64,000 nt of DNA. Origin: an uncultured Pseudomonadota bacterium. GTDB taxonomy: Bacteria; Chloroflexota; UBA5177; JAJPKF01. Below the pieces are notes generated by a model. The model did no database searches, was not told the origin of the DNA, and was given only the letters and a program-made list of their open reading frames with translations. The position numbers were made by a program, and so were the translations under genes. The stretch spans positions 313,726 to 377,725 of the forward strand of contig CAWIIC010000004.1 in the NCBI GenBank assembly GCA_963836045.1, in the 5' to 3' direction. Of this stretch, positions 20,851 through 31,080 are shown piece after piece; the stretch's first letter is position 1; each line of letters starts with the position of its first letter.

Positions 20851-21555
20851 GTGGAAGACATTCACCTCCACGCTGATGATGGAGAGTTCGTCAGCGTGAT
20901 CGGTCCGAGCGGCTGCGGGAAGAGCACGCTGTTCAATATCTTGGCCGGGTTGGACATGCCGAGCAAGGGTCAGGTGCTCCTCGACGGGCGTGTGGAACAG
21001 CGTCGCATCGGCCGCGTCGGCTATATGCCCCAGAAAGACCTTCTGCTCCCATGGCTGACGGTTCTCGACAACACCGCGCTTGGTCCGCTCATGGCGGGCA
21101 TGAGCAAGGAGAAGGCGCGCGCCCAGGCGCTGCCATGGTTCGAACAGTTTGGGCTCGCGGGCTTCGAGAAACATTATCCCTTCACCATCTCGGGTGGCAT
21201 GCGGCAGCGAGCAGCGCTCCTCAGGACGTTCCTCGCTGACCGCGAGGTCCTTCTGCTGGACGAGCCTTTCGGAGCTCTTGACTCACTGACCCGGGGCGAA
21301 ATGCAGGAATGGCTCCTCGACGTCTGGAGCCAGTTCAGAAAAACTGTCGTGTTTGTGACTCACGACATCGACGAGGCAGTCCTACTGTCCGACCGCATTT
21401 ACGTGATGTCGCCACGGCCGGGGAGGGTCATCGAGGTGCTCCAGGTCGAGATGCCCCGTCCCCGCATAGCGGAAATGCTGGTGGAAGCGGAGGGCACAAG
21501 ACTCAAACAGCACATGATCGGCTTACTGAGACGCCGCAAGAAGGAACGACAGTGA
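20851..21555 (+). CDS. ABC transporter ATP-binding protein (NitT/TauT family)
   Basis: Walker A (GPSGCGKST), signature (SGGMRQR) and Walker B (LLLDEPFGALD). Paralog of 28197..29069. Confidence 0.85.
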   Translation: MEDIHLHADDGEFVSVIGPSGCGKSTLFNILAGLDMPSKGQVLLDGRVEQRRIGRVGYMPQKDLLLPWLTVLDNTALGPLMAGMSKEKARAQALPWFEQFGLAGFEKHYPFTISGGMRQRAALLRTFLADREVLLLDEPFGALDSLTRGEMQEWLLDVWSQFRKTVVFVTHDIDEAVLLSDRIYVMSPRPGRVIEVLQVEMPRPRIAEMLVEAEGTRLKQHMIGLLRRRKKERQ

Positions 21556-22391
21556 CGACGATAGCCGAGGCAGGAACCGACGACCTGATTCCGGCCGCGG
21601 GGCGACCAGCATGGCTTCGGCTCCTCGAGCGGTATCTCCCGCCTGCCGTCTTGATCTGTGCGGTCATTCTCCTGTGGCAGTGGGCAACGGGATTTTTTAA
21701 GATTCAGGCCTGGTTGCTGCCCTCTCCCAGCGAGATCTTTACGGCCTTCCACGTCGACTGGCCGCTGATCCAGTCGAACATTCTGCCGACCATCGAGGAG
21801 ACCCTCGTCGGGTTCTCGCTTGCCCTCGTTATCGGCATCGGGCTTGCGCTCGTTATCCACTACTCTCGGGTGATGGAGCACGCACTCTACCCGTGGATCA
21901 TAGCCTCTCAAACCATTCCCACGATCGCCATAGCTCCAATCTTGGTGGTCTGGTTCGGATATAATCTCACTCCGAAGATCCTCGTCGTAGCCTTGTTCTG
22001 CTTCTTTCCCATCGTCGTGAGCACCGTGGATGGTCTGAATGCGGCAGATGCCGACATGATGAACATGATGCGTACTCTTGGAGCATCGCGATGGAAGGTG
22101 TTTCGCTACGTGGAGTTCCCTGGCGCCCTGCCTGCCGTGTTTGCGGGCCTCAAAATCGCGATCACGTTTAGCGTTATCGGTGCGGTCCTCGGCGAGTGGG
22201 TTGGCTCTACGGAAGGACTCGGCTACCTACTGCTTCAATCCACCGCGCAGTTCCAGACGGCCCGCGGCTTTGCGATCCTGGCGGTGCTGTCCGCTATGGG
22301 TATCACTCTCTTCATTACGGTGTCACTGCTCCAGCGCCTGCTCATGCCGTGGTGGCGCGAAGAAACCAAGCGTCGCGCGAACGCGCGATGA
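21552..22391 (+). CDS. ABC transporter permease (NitT/TauT family)
   Basis: GTG start overlaps the ATPase stop. It has six TM segments and a binding-protein-dependent transport motif. The 21309 start in the ORF track is an overlap artefact. Confidence 0.8.
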   Translation: MTTIAEAGTDDLIPAAGRPAWLRLLERYLPPAVLICAVILLWQWATGFFKIQAWLLPSPSEIFTAFHVDWPLIQSNILPTIEETLVGFSLALVIGIGLALVIHYSRVMEHALYPWIIASQTIPTIAIAPILVVWFGYNLTPKILVVALFCFFPIVVSTVDGLNAADADMMNMMRTLGASRWKVFRYVEFPGALPAVFAGLKIAITFSVIGAVLGEWVGSTEGLGYLLLQSTAQFQTARGFAILAVLSAMGITLFITVSLLQRLLMPWWREETKRRANAR

Positions 22392-22482
22392 TGTCACGGT
22401 ATCTTTCCGGAAAGAGCCAAGGTTTGCAGACCCTCCCAATCTCAAGTCAGCCATAGAGTCAGCCGCAAGGAAAAGGAAAGAA

Positions 22483-23667
22483 GTGGATAAGAGCGACATT
22501 GTCATAGTCGGAGGAGCACGGACGCCAATAGGAAAGTATGGAGGCGCCTTCAAAGATACCCCCGCGCACGTCCTTGGCGCAGTCGCCATCAAGGCTGCTC
22601 TTGAGAGCTCGAGCGTCAGCCCGGACGACGTCGACGAGGTGATCATGGGTCAGGTCGGCCAAGTTGGGCCAGATGCGTTCAATGCCCGACGCTGCGCCCT
22701 CGAAGCCGGCATCCCGGAGACCAGTACCGCTCTGAACGTGAACCGGCTATGCGGCAGCGGGTTGCAGGCCATCTGGACCGCCGCCATGGAGATCATGACC
22801 GGGCAGGCGGGCGTTGTCGTGGCCGGCGGCGATGAGAACATGACGATGCAGCCTTTTCTCGACTATGACGGTCGGAAGGGCTATGCGCTGGCTAATAGAA
22901 CGCTGATTGATGGAACCCTCTCATTGGTCACCGATCCGTTTGGCTGCTACCCCATGGGAGCAACGGCCGAAAATGTAGCCGAGAAGCATCGCGTTACTCG
23001 CGAAGATCAGGATGCTTTCGCCCTTCGCAGCCAGCAGCGGGCGGCCCTCGCAATTGATGAACGTCGGTTCAGCGACCAGATCGTGCCTGTTATCGTGGCT
23101 GAGAAAAAGACCCAGCGAGAGATCACCGTCGATGAGCATGTCAGACGTGACGTTAGCCTGGAAGCCCTCGCCAAACTGCGGCCTACGTTTCGTGAAGGAG
23201 GCTCAGTAACCCCTGGCAACTCTTCCGGCATAAATGATGCTGCCGCAGCCGTCGTAGTGACAAGCGAGGAAAGAGCGGCGGCCGAGGGCTGGCAGCCTTG
23301 GCTGCGTTTAACCGCGGTAGCCGTCGCCGGTGTCGAGCCTGCGGTGATGGGGTACGCCCCTACCTTCGCCATACGAAAAGTGCTGGACCAGACAGGCATG
23401 ACCCCGAACGATATTCACCTCATGGAGTTGAACGAGGCCTTCGCGGCCCAGGCGGTACCCGTCATCCGCGACACTGGTTTCGATGAAGAGAAGGTGAACG
23501 TCAACGGAGGCGCGATAGCTCTCGGCCATCCTGTAGGCGCCACCGGCGCGATCCTGACCATCAAGCTAATGCACGAGCTCAGGCGCCGTAGTCAGGAATT
23601 CGGCCTCGTGACGATGTGCATCGGAGGAGGTCAGGCGATAGCGGCCATCTTCCAAAATGCCGCCTAG
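22483..23667 (+). CDS. acetyl-CoA C-acetyltransferase (thiolase II)
   Basis: GTG start after an aaggaaaagga RBS ([21 protein letters not shown]). Active-site Cys motif ([10 protein letters not shown]) and C-terminal GGGQAIA. The 529-aa ORF's N-terminal extension is an antisense artefact. Confidence 0.9.
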   Translation: MDKSDIVIVGGARTPIGKYGGAFKDTPAHVLGAVAIKAALESSSVSPDDVDEVIMGQVGQVGPDAFNARRCALEAGIPETSTALNVNRLCGSGLQAIWTAAMEIMTGQAGVVVAGGDENMTMQPFLDYDGRKGYALANRTLIDGTLSLVTDPFGCYPMGATAENVAEKHRVTREDQDAFALRSQQRAALAIDERRFSDQIVPVIVAEKKTQREITVDEHVRRDVSLEALAKLRPTFREGGSVTPGNSSGINDAAAAVVVTSEERAAAEGWQPWLRLTAVAVAGVEPAVMGYAPTFAIRKVLDQTGMTPNDIHLMELNEAFAAQAVPVIRDTGFDEEKVNVNGGAIALGHPVGATGAILTIKLMHELRRRSQEFGLVTMCIGGGQAIAAIFQNAA

Positions 23668-23674
23668 AGCTCAA

Positions 23675-24433
23675 CTAAGCCGCCCCATCACAAGGTTCTC
23701 CGCGACTTCCTCCATCTTCGCCAAAATACCACCGATGTGATCGCAATATCGGGTCGTGACCCGGCACCATCTCCCAGCCGGCACGTCGCGATCGTGCTTG
23801 AAATTCCCTAGTCTCATTGACATCGTGACAGGCTGGCGGAACCATCTCCGTGTTCGCCATCATCGGAATAATATCCGCACAAAGACACACCGGACCATCC
23901 TTTGTCTCCACGAGCACCGACTGATGCCCGGGCGTGTGCCCTCCATTTGGGAGAACGGTGACGCCGGATACAACTTCTTCCTCTCCCCCGATCTCGGTCA
24001 ACCTGCCTCTTTCAGCTTCCAGCCAGTGACCGATGTCTAGATAGAACCGATCGCCATTGGGAGAATTCGCCCACTCCACCTCCCTTCTCTGCACCAACAC
24101 TGCTGCTAGCGGAAACATGTCGTCATTCTGCATGTGGTCGTAATGCAGGTGACTATGGACTATCCTTCCGACAGCATCCGTGGCAAGCTTCCGGTAATCG
24201 AGCGCGGCGAGCAACGATCCAACCGGATCGCCCCGTATCAGTAGATGCGCCTTCGTGGCCTGCACGGGACTCGGTCCACTGTCGACCAGCACTGCGTGCC
24301 CGTCTCGCGACAGCAGATAGCAATAACAAGGAACGTCGAGCCTCGACTCGTCGGGCGCGTCCGGGATATACAGGTTGAGCGGCAGGTCGGGAATGACGCC
24401 GACTTCGATGATATCGACCGTCCACTCGCTCAT
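23675..24433 (-). CDS. MBL-fold metallo-hydrolase (lactonase-like)
   Basis: HSHLHYDH metal-binding motif. Start taken at MSEWTV; its ATG overlaps the upstream SDR stop (ATGA). Confidence 0.75.
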   Translation of the reverse strand: MSEWTVDIIEVGVIPDLPLNLYIPDAPDESRLDVPCYCYLLSRDGHAVLVDSGPSPVQATKAHLLIRGDPVGSLLAALDYRKLATDAVGRIVHSHLHYDHMQNDDMFPLAAVLVQRREVEWANSPNGDRFYLDIGHWLEAERGRLTEIGGEEEVVSGVTVLPNGGHTPGHQSVLVETKDGPVCLCADIIPMMANTEMVPPACHDVNETREFQARSRRAGWEMVPGHDPILRSHRWYFGEDGGSRGEPCDGAA

Positions 24434-25191
24434 GTCCGGGTCGTCAAGAGCATGCCACCATCGACAAAGAGCATTGACCCGGTGACGTAACCGGCGTCTT
24501 CGGAGCACAGGAACGAAACCGGTCCGGCGATATCCTCCGGCATGCCCGGCCTCCCGAACGGGATAGTCGGCACTACTTCGTTCAGGTAATCGGGGTCTGG
24601 TTTCCCAGTCAGATTGGTCAGCACCAGACCTGGCCCGATCGCGTTAACGGCTATGTCGTGCTGCGCAAGCTCCAGCGCGAGGTTTCGCGTCAGCATCCAC
24701 ACCCCGCCTTTCGCTGCATCGTAGTGCGCCAGTCCCCGCCCCGGAGCTATGGAATGGACGGACGCGATATTGACGATCCGCCCGCCACGGCCCGCGACGA
24801 CCATTACCCGAGCGGCTGCTTGACAGCAGAGAAACGTGCCCGTCAGATCGACGTCGAGCACCCGCTGCCAGTCCTCGTAACTCAGCTCGAGGGCAGGGCT
24901 GATGCTCAAAATTCCGGCGGAGTTTACCAATGCATAGATGTCCCCGACGTCGGTCGCAATCCAATCGAATGCCTCCTGAACCTCCTGAGGAGAACTCACG
25001 TCGACCACCCGCCCGAACGCGGTACCTCCCTTTTGGCGAATGCCCGCTACCGCCTCTCCGACACCAGCCTCGTTCCGGTCGAGCACGGCCACAGCGAATC
25101 CGTCCCGCGCGAGCCGTTCGGCGCAAGCTCTCCCTATCCCCGATGCCGCCCCCGTCACCGCGGCTACCCGTGCGCGAGCTGTCTCAGTCAC
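24430..25191 (-). CDS. SDR family oxidoreductase
   Basis: TGAASGIG Rossmann motif and NSAG/YxxxK catalytic motifs. Confidence 0.85.
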   Translation of the reverse strand: MTETARARVAAVTGAASGIGRACAERLARDGFAVAVLDRNEAGVGEAVAGIRQKGGTAFGRVVDVSSPQEVQEAFDWIATDVGDIYALVNSAGILSISPALELSYEDWQRVLDVDLTGTFLCCQAAARVMVVAGRGGRIVNIASVHSIAPGRGLAHYDAAKGGVWMLTRNLALELAQHDIAVNAIGPGLVLTNLTGKPDPDYLNEVVPTIPFGRPGMPEDIAGPVSFLCSEDAGYVTGSMLFVDGGMLLTTRT

Positions 25192-25232
25192 TTTCCACCT
25201 ATCATGCGCGATTCCCAGGAGTCCGGTCGCCG

Positions 25233-27365
25233 CTAGCGCGACACGAGCTTCGCATCGACGAGTGCCACCCCGTCATGTAATGCGATCAGCGGATTGATGT
25301 CCAGCGCTTCGACGTCCGGCTCTGCCGCCAGCTGCGAAATTGCCACCAGGTTCCTGTACAGCGAGTCCATGTCCGCCCCCGGTGCTCCTCGCCACCCTTG
25401 CAACAGCCGGAACGCTTTCGTACTCTCGACCATTCGTTGCGCCTGATGCAGGTCCATTGGCGCCAGTGCGACGCTGACGTCGTCGATGAGCTCCAGGAGT
25501 ACGCCTCCAGCTCCGCACATCACCACGGGCCCAAATTGCTCGTCTCGCATCGCCCCGACGAACAGCTCGACGCCACCCTCCACCATTCGCTGCACGAGGA
25601 CCGACCCGGCAGTAATCCCGCGAGCCAGAGCATTGGCCATCAGCTCACGCCACGCCGTCCGGACCTCTGATGGGGAATGAAGACCCAGGCGCACGCCATC
25701 AATCTCCGTCCGGTGCAAAATGCCCAATCCGTCGAGCTTCAGCGCAACCGGATAGCCCAGTAAGCTTGCTGCCAGAACTGCCTCGTCCTCGCTGCCGGCC
25801 CGCTCTGTTGCCCACACATCTGCTCCCGCGCGCTTCAATCGTTGCATGGCGTCATACCCGGTCGTCGACCTCAAGTTCCTCGCTGCGAGATATCGTGCCG
25901 CGCCGGCCCACGCCGGCTGCCCCGACCCGAATTGACGGTGAATGAACTGGGCCAGTGCGCTCATGCCCGGCTGCAGTCCGATAAGGAGCGGAAGACCATT
26001 ATCCTTGAGAAATCGCCGCGCTCGCTCGTCGAGCTGACCGGCAGACGGAGTGAGGACGACCACCGGCTTGCCTAAATCCGAGACCGCCTCCCAGGTAGCT
26101 GCGATGCCGTCGACGAACAGATCCGACTCTTGTCGCGCCTGCACCCACCCGTTCTTCGCGTCCTCGCAGATCAGTATCATGTCGACCTCGGGGTCGCTCG
26201 CCAGAATGCGGGAGGCCGTCGCATGGCCTGTCCCGTCCCCTTCGACCAACCCCATCCCCGTCGTGTCCAGTGGATTCGACGCCGATCCGAACACGGGAAG
26301 CGCCTCCGCCAGCTTCCGCGTTGTATCCTCTCCGAGCCTTGCCAGCGGGACGTTCACTCGCTCCGCGATATCCGCCAGTAGCAGCCGCTCCCCTCCCGAG
26401 ATGGTGATGACTCCGAGGTTGGGACCCGCCGGCTTCCGGAACAGCGAACACAGCTGAATGAGGGCGGAGAACTCCTCGAGATCGTTGGCGATCAGGACCC
26501 CAGATGAACGCCAGAGTGATTGTTGGACCACGTCCGACCCGGCCACGGCTCCCGTGTGCGTGAGGGCTGCCTCCCCACCCGCCTTGGTGCGCCCGGCTTT
26601 GAGCAGCACGACCATCTTATCGGCGGCCTGCGCGGTCTCCAGCGCTTCCAGCAAGCGCCGCCCATCCTGGAACCCCTCTACATAGCACGCGATCACCTGA
26701 ACCGCGGGCCTCGTGGACATGTAACTGACGTAGTCCTCGACGGAGAGGTCCATCTGGTTGCCCGTCGTAATGATGTGACTGAAGCGGATGTTCCGCTCCG
26801 CCGCTATGCCGGTCAACGTACAGGCGAGAGCGCCGCTATTGGAAATGAGAGCGACGTTACCGCATCCTTCCTGCTCCATCAGCGGACCACTGTACGGAGC
26901 GACCCGCTCTTCGAGATTGACGAATCCTAGGCAGTTCGGCCCCATGAGAGCCATTCCGCCGGACACCCTCCGTAAATGGTGGTCCAACTCCCGGCCGCGC
27001 GCGTCAGACTCCCCGAATCCCGCGCCGAGTAGCAGCCCCGCCATAGATCCGATCTCCCCGGCTTCCGCCATCGCCTCCACCGCGACCTCCCGATTGACTG
27101 CCACGACGACGAGATCGGGCCTGTCGGGCAGAGCGCTCAGAGACGGATATGTGTCTCTGCCGCCAACCGTGGCCCGTTTCGGGTTGATCAGGTATAGCTC
27201 ACCTGCGAATCCGACGGTCACGAGATTTGACAGCACCCGTTGCCCTGGACCCTGCCGGTCCGAGGCTCCCACTAACGCGATCGATCTCGGTTGCAGCAGC
27301 ATCGTGCATCTGTCGACCGCGTCTCCACGGACCGTTCCAGCGTCGCCGGGCAGAGTCTGAGTCAT
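25233..27365 (-). CDS. ADP-forming acetyl-CoA synthetase (acetate--CoA ligase family, fused alpha/beta), ACS#1
   Basis: CoA-binding domain (IALVGASDRQG), succinyl-CoA-synthetase-like domain and ATP-grasp domain. Start MTQTLPG at 27365, overlapping the permease stop. The first roughly 235 aa of the 945-aa track ORF is another frame of the permease gene. Confidence 0.8.
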   Translation of the reverse strand: MTQTLPGDAGTVRGDAVDRCTMLLQPRSIALVGASDRQGPGQRVLSNLVTVGFAGELYLINPKRATVGGRDTYPSLSALPDRPDLVVVAVNREVAVEAMAEAGEIGSMAGLLLGAGFGESDARGRELDHHLRRVSGGMALMGPNCLGFVNLEERVAPYSGPLMEQEGCGNVALISNSGALACTLTGIAAERNIRFSHIITTGNQMDLSVEDYVSYMSTRPAVQVIACYVEGFQDGRRLLEALETAQAADKMVVLLKAGRTKAGGEAALTHTGAVAGSDVVQQSLWRSSGVLIANDLEEFSALIQLCSLFRKPAGPNLGVITISGGERLLLADIAERVNVPLARLGEDTTRKLAEALPVFGSASNPLDTTGMGLVEGDGTGHATASRILASDPEVDMILICEDAKNGWVQARQESDLFVDGIAATWEAVSDLGKPVVVLTPSAGQLDERARRFLKDNGLPLLIGLQPGMSALAQFIHRQFGSGQPAWAGAARYLAARNLRSTTGYDAMQRLKRAGADVWATERAGSEDEAVLAASLLGYPVALKLDGLGILHRTEIDGVRLGLHSPSEVRTAWRELMANALARGITAGSVLVQRMVEGGVELFVGAMRDEQFGPVVMCGAGGVLLELIDDVSVALAPMDLHQAQRMVESTKAFRLLQGWRGAPGADMDSLYRNLVAISQLAAEPDVEALDINPLIALHDGVALVDAKLVSR

Positions 27366-28216
27366 GGCCGGCGACCTGCGTCTGCCCGCCAGGGAACTGC
27401 GATCCGTTCCAGCAGCGCCATCAATAAGAACGCCCCGAGAGCTAGCATCGTGGAAACGAAGACCGCCGCCCAAAGCTGTGGAGTCTTGAACTCGAAGGTG
27501 AAGTTGATGACCAGGTATCCCAGGCCCTTCGGAGCTCCAATCCATTCCGCGACGATCGCGCCGATCACACTCGTGGTGGCCGTGATCCGGAACGCGACGA
27601 ATATATACGGCAATGCGTTTGGCAGCCTGAGTTTCCACAATACCTTCCACGAAGAGGCGTGAACGCTCTGAAACAGATCGAGCAGCGACGGCTCGACAGC
27701 CTGCAGCCCTCGCACGGTGTTGACCAGAGTTGGGAAGAAGGCGATGATCGCCGTCAGCACTACTTTGGAGGAGTAGCCTTCGCCAAGCGTGTCCACCAGA
27801 ATCGGAGCGATGCACACGATCGGGATGCTCTGAACGGCGATCGCCAGAGGGTAGAAAGCGTGCCGGGCCGTCTTGAATTCGACGAACAGCACCGCCGACA
27901 CCAGCGCCGTTATGCTCCCTATCACGAACCCGCCGGCCGCTTCCTCGATCGTTGGAACGGCGTTGGACATGATGAGGTCCCAGTTGGCTCCCAGCGCCTG
28001 CGCCACGGCTACCGGCGATGGGATGAAGAACGACTGCCAGTGAAAGATTCTGGTCGCCGCCACTTGCCACGCCACGACCAGCGCGACCACTACCAGCACC
28101 GGTAATATGATCGCTGTGCTCGCCTTTGCCGCCTTGCGAGCCCAGCCGCGGCCCTCGATCCTCCTGCCTGCGTATCTGCTGCTTACCGCTTCGCGACTAT
28201 TGGAAGAGGAGGTCAC
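27362..28216 (-). CDS. ABC transporter permease (NitT/TauT family)
   Basis: Paralogous to 21552..22391. Six TM segments. Confidence 0.8.
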   Translation of the reverse strand: MTSSSNSREAVSSRYAGRRIEGRGWARKAAKASTAIILPVLVVVALVVAWQVAATRIFHWQSFFIPSPVAVAQALGANWDLIMSNAVPTIEEAAGGFVIGSITALVSAVLFVEFKTARHAFYPLAIAVQSIPIVCIAPILVDTLGEGYSSKVVLTAIIAFFPTLVNTVRGLQAVEPSLLDLFQSVHASSWKVLWKLRLPNALPYIFVAFRITATTSVIGAIVAEWIGAPKGLGYLVINFTFEFKTPQLWAAVFVSTMLALGAFLLMALLERIAVPWRADAGRRP

Positions 28217-29069
28217 GAAGATCCTGCCTGAGATGGAGAAATTCTGCCGACGACCTCACGCGTGGATCGCGCGGTCTGGGTAAATCAACATCAACCACGT
28301 TGACGATCCTTCCAGGGCGGACGCTCATGACCATCACTAGATCAGAGAGAAATACCGCTTCCTCGATGTTGTGCGTCACGAAAATCACGGAATTCTTCAG
28401 CTGCTCCCAAATCCGCAGCAGTTCGTTGTTCAATGTCTCGCGCTGGAACTCGTCCAGCGCCGCGAATGGCTCATCCATCAAAAGAATCGGCGGGTCGATC
28501 GCCAGAGCCCGAGCGATGGCGACTCGCTGGCGCATGCCTCCAGAAAGCTGGTGTGGCCTCGCCTGCTCGAACCCTGTGAGCCCGACCAGATCGATCAGCT
28601 CCTGCGTCCGTCTCCGTGCGTGGTTCCGGGACTGCCCGACCAATTCACACAGAAGCTGCACGTTCGCGCGAACGGATCGCCATGGCAGAAGCACCGGGTC
28701 CTGAAACACGAAACCGAACTCATGTCCGCGCTGCGCCGCCTCGGGACCGACGCCGTCCACCACGATCGATCCTGCAGTGGGCTTCAGAATTCCCGCGATC
28801 AACCGCAGCAGCGTTGACTTGCCGCAGCCGGATGGCCCTATCAAGCTGACGAATTGTCCGGGAGCGATTCTCAACGACACGTCGTCGAGGGCATGCACCG
28901 GTGGCCGGCCCGGATAGTCCAGGCACACGCTCTCGCACTGCACCCCCGATCGCTGTCCTTCCCAGGTGGGTTGGTTGCGGCGGGCGCCTAGGGCGCCCGC
29001 CACATCCTCAAGTCCGCCGTCCAGAGTACCCCCGGATTGAGGGACTGGATTAGTGGAGCTTGCTGGCAA
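28197..29069 (-). CDS. ABC transporter ATP-binding protein (NitT/TauT family)
   Basis: Walker A (GPSGCGKSTLL), signature (SGGMRQR) and Walker B (LLMDEPFAALD). Start uncertain (20-nt overlap with the substrate-binding protein gene). Confidence 0.8.
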   Translation of the reverse strand: MPASSTNPVPQSGGTLDGGLEDVAGALGARRNQPTWEGQRSGVQCESVCLDYPGRPPVHALDDVSLRIAPGQFVSLIGPSGCGKSTLLRLIAGILKPTAGSIVVDGVGPEAAQRGHEFGFVFQDPVLLPWRSVRANVQLLCELVGQSRNHARRRTQELIDLVGLTGFEQARPHQLSGGMRQRVAIARALAIDPPILLMDEPFAALDEFQRETLNNELLRIWEQLKNSVIFVTHNIEEAVFLSDLVMVMSVRPGRIVNVVDVDLPRPRDPRVRSSAEFLHLRQDLRDLLFQ

Positions 29070-30108
29070 GATTCAGGATCTTCTGCGTTTCCACGTCGGA
29101 GGGCTTCAGGTTCTTGGTGACCAGATGCTGCTTGAACAGGAAACTCAGTGAGCGCTTCCAGGTCGCCGTGTTCATCCACAGCAGGCCGTGCTGGCGCGTA
29201 TCTTTCGATACCAGTAGCTTGGCCTCAACGCCCATTTGCAGTTTCTGCTGCTTGGGGTCTTGCCCCGTGGAGTATTTCTTGAGGACCAGCTGCGTGACGG
29301 CTTTCTGGTGCGTCAGCGTGTACTTCCATCCCAGCTGCGTTGCCTTGAGGAAACCTGCCAGCACGTGCGGGTCGCTCTTTACCGTCGATTTCCGCGCGAT
29401 GAATACGTCCCCGTACGACGGCAGCCCCATCGAGGAGAACGACAGGCAATGCGTCTTGATTCCCTGAAGGGACATGGCGATTGGCTCGTTGAACGCGAAC
29501 GCGGTGTATGCGTCGACCTTGCCTACCGCGAAGGGCGTGGGATCGAACCCGACGATCTGGAGCTTTACCTTGTTTAAGGGGACGTGCTCGTAGTTCAGCA
29601 TGCCCTTCACCTGATCGCGTGCCTGCGTCTGCAGGCCGATTGTCTTGCCGATAAATCCCTTGGCGTTCTTTATGCCGGAGTTGGCCCGCACCATGAAACA
29701 GCCTGGATTCTGCTGGTAGATCGAGCCGAACACCGTCAGATTGGCGCCCTGCGCATCCGCGATCGCCTCGTCGGTCCCGACGGCTACGGTCCCGATTGTC
29801 GCCGCCCCGTTGGCTACCACCGAACGCGGGTCTATCGTTCCGCCCCCGGACATGACGTTGACCTTTAGGCCGTACTTCTTGAAAAATCCTCGTTCCTGTG
29901 CCACGTAGATTCCGGCGAATTCGACGTTGTTGAGCCAGCTTACCTGGACGCTTACAGAGGTTAGCTTGGCTGGTGCTGCGGCAGCAATCGAGCCGTAGCT
30001 CGGTACGACCGCGGCGCCAAGCATCGCCAGCGCCGCCACGCTGACCAGGCCCCTTCTGCCGATACCGGACATTGCTCCATTCACGGTGAACCCTAAACGC
30101 TCAATCAT
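29050..30108 (-). CDS. ABC transporter substrate-binding protein (NMT1/THI5-like, NitT/TauT family)
   Basis: Tat-like signal (SGIGRRGLVSVAALAMLGAA). Periplasmic binding fold. Confidence 0.8.
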   Translation of the reverse strand: MIERLGFTVNGAMSGIGRRGLVSVAALAMLGAAVVPSYGSIAAAAPAKLTSVSVQVSWLNNVEFAGIYVAQERGFFKKYGLKVNVMSGGGTIDPRSVVANGAATIGTVAVGTDEAIADAQGANLTVFGSIYQQNPGCFMVRANSGIKNAKGFIGKTIGLQTQARDQVKGMLNYEHVPLNKVKLQIVGFDPTPFAVGKVDAYTAFAFNEPIAMSLQGIKTHCLSFSSMGLPSYGDVFIARKSTVKSDPHVLAGFLKATQLGWKYTLTHQKAVTQLVLKKYSTGQDPKQQKLQMGVEAKLLVSKDTRQHGLLWMNTATWKRSLSFLFKQHLVTKNLKPSDVETQKILNLASKLH

Positions 30109-30148
30109 CGATCAGATCCTTTCTTGTGGGACGCTCTGTGCTGATCGG

Positions 30149-31080
30149 TTAACTCCGATCGCGCTTCCGTACGAACTCCTTGAACTCCATCTCCTGTCGG
30201 TCTTCTTCGAGCTTCCGGTACGCTTGGGTGCCGTTGGCGACCGTCGACATCATGTAGTTGTCCTGGATTGCCGCCAGCATTCCCTGCCGCTCGTAGGTCC
30301 GGTTTATCGCCAGCTTGTGAAGCTTCATTGCCTCCCGAGGCATCGCCCCCAGGCGACTCGCCAGCGCCACGGCATGATCGTCCAGTTCTATCTCAGATAC
30401 CACCTCCGTTACGAATCCCATACGCCATGCATCTGAGGCGTCGATCATATCCCCGGTCAGCAGGACCGCCTTCGCCGCCTTCATTCCCACCAGCCACGGC
30501 AGCATGCACGCCCCCGGCCCGGAAGGATGGCGTATCTCCGGGGATCCGAATTTTGCGCTCTCTGCCGCGATGGTGAAGTCGCATAGAAGGGACAGCTCTA
30601 GCGCAGCCTCCCAGGTTGTAGCCCCGCACTGCCGCTACATAGGGCTTGTCGCTCTGCCAGATGCGTAGAAAAACCTTCCAGTCCTCACGGAATCGGTCCA
30701 GCCACACTTCGACCGGCAGTGAGCCTTCCTCTGCCTCTGACTTCAGATCAAAGCCAGCCAAGAAGGCCCTTCCCGCCCCCGTGAAGAATCCACGCAGCTC
30801 ACCGAATCGTCGGCCTCCAGCTCCGAGAGTGCCGCGTCCAGCCCGTCAAGAAAATCTCGATTGATCGCGTTCAGGACCTTGGGTCTGTTGAACGTCACTC
30901 GAGCGACTCCGTCCGCCGGCCCGTCGACTACAATCGCGTCGATCGTGACACCTCCACCGTTTTCTGCGTGGCGTTCCTCGTCGTGTCGCGGTTCATGTCC
31001 CCGCCAGCCCAAGGTTCCTGGCGGTCCGGCGCGCGCACAGTGATCTTCGGCGTTGACCACGATGGCGCCGGCTGGCCCCA
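30149..31080 (-). pseudogene. enoyl-CoA hydratase (crotonase), frameshifted at about 30590 and about 30760 (and possibly near 30950)
   Basis: Three pieces lie in three frames: VTIDAIVVDGPADGVARVTFNRPKVLNAIN..., then GFDLKSEAEEGS...KPYVAAVRGYNLGG, then ELSLLCDFTIAAESAKFGSPEIRHPSGPGACMLPWLVGMKAAKAVLLTG...RKRDRS. Confidence 0.55.

Noticed and set aside
22078-23667. 529-aa ORF start at 22078 (also the 21309 start for the permease ORF and the 48869 start for the response-regulator ORF)
   Set aside because: The N-terminal extensions overlap upstream genes out of frame and lack homology. Internal starts with an RBS or 4-nt overlaps (22483, 21552, 48287) give canonical protein N-termini.
25233-28070. 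945-aa ORF as a giant acetyl-CoA synthetase
   Set aside because: The first roughly 235 aa are the alternate frame of the overlapping ABC permease gene (27362..28216). The true start is MTQTLPG at 27365, which overlaps the permease stop.
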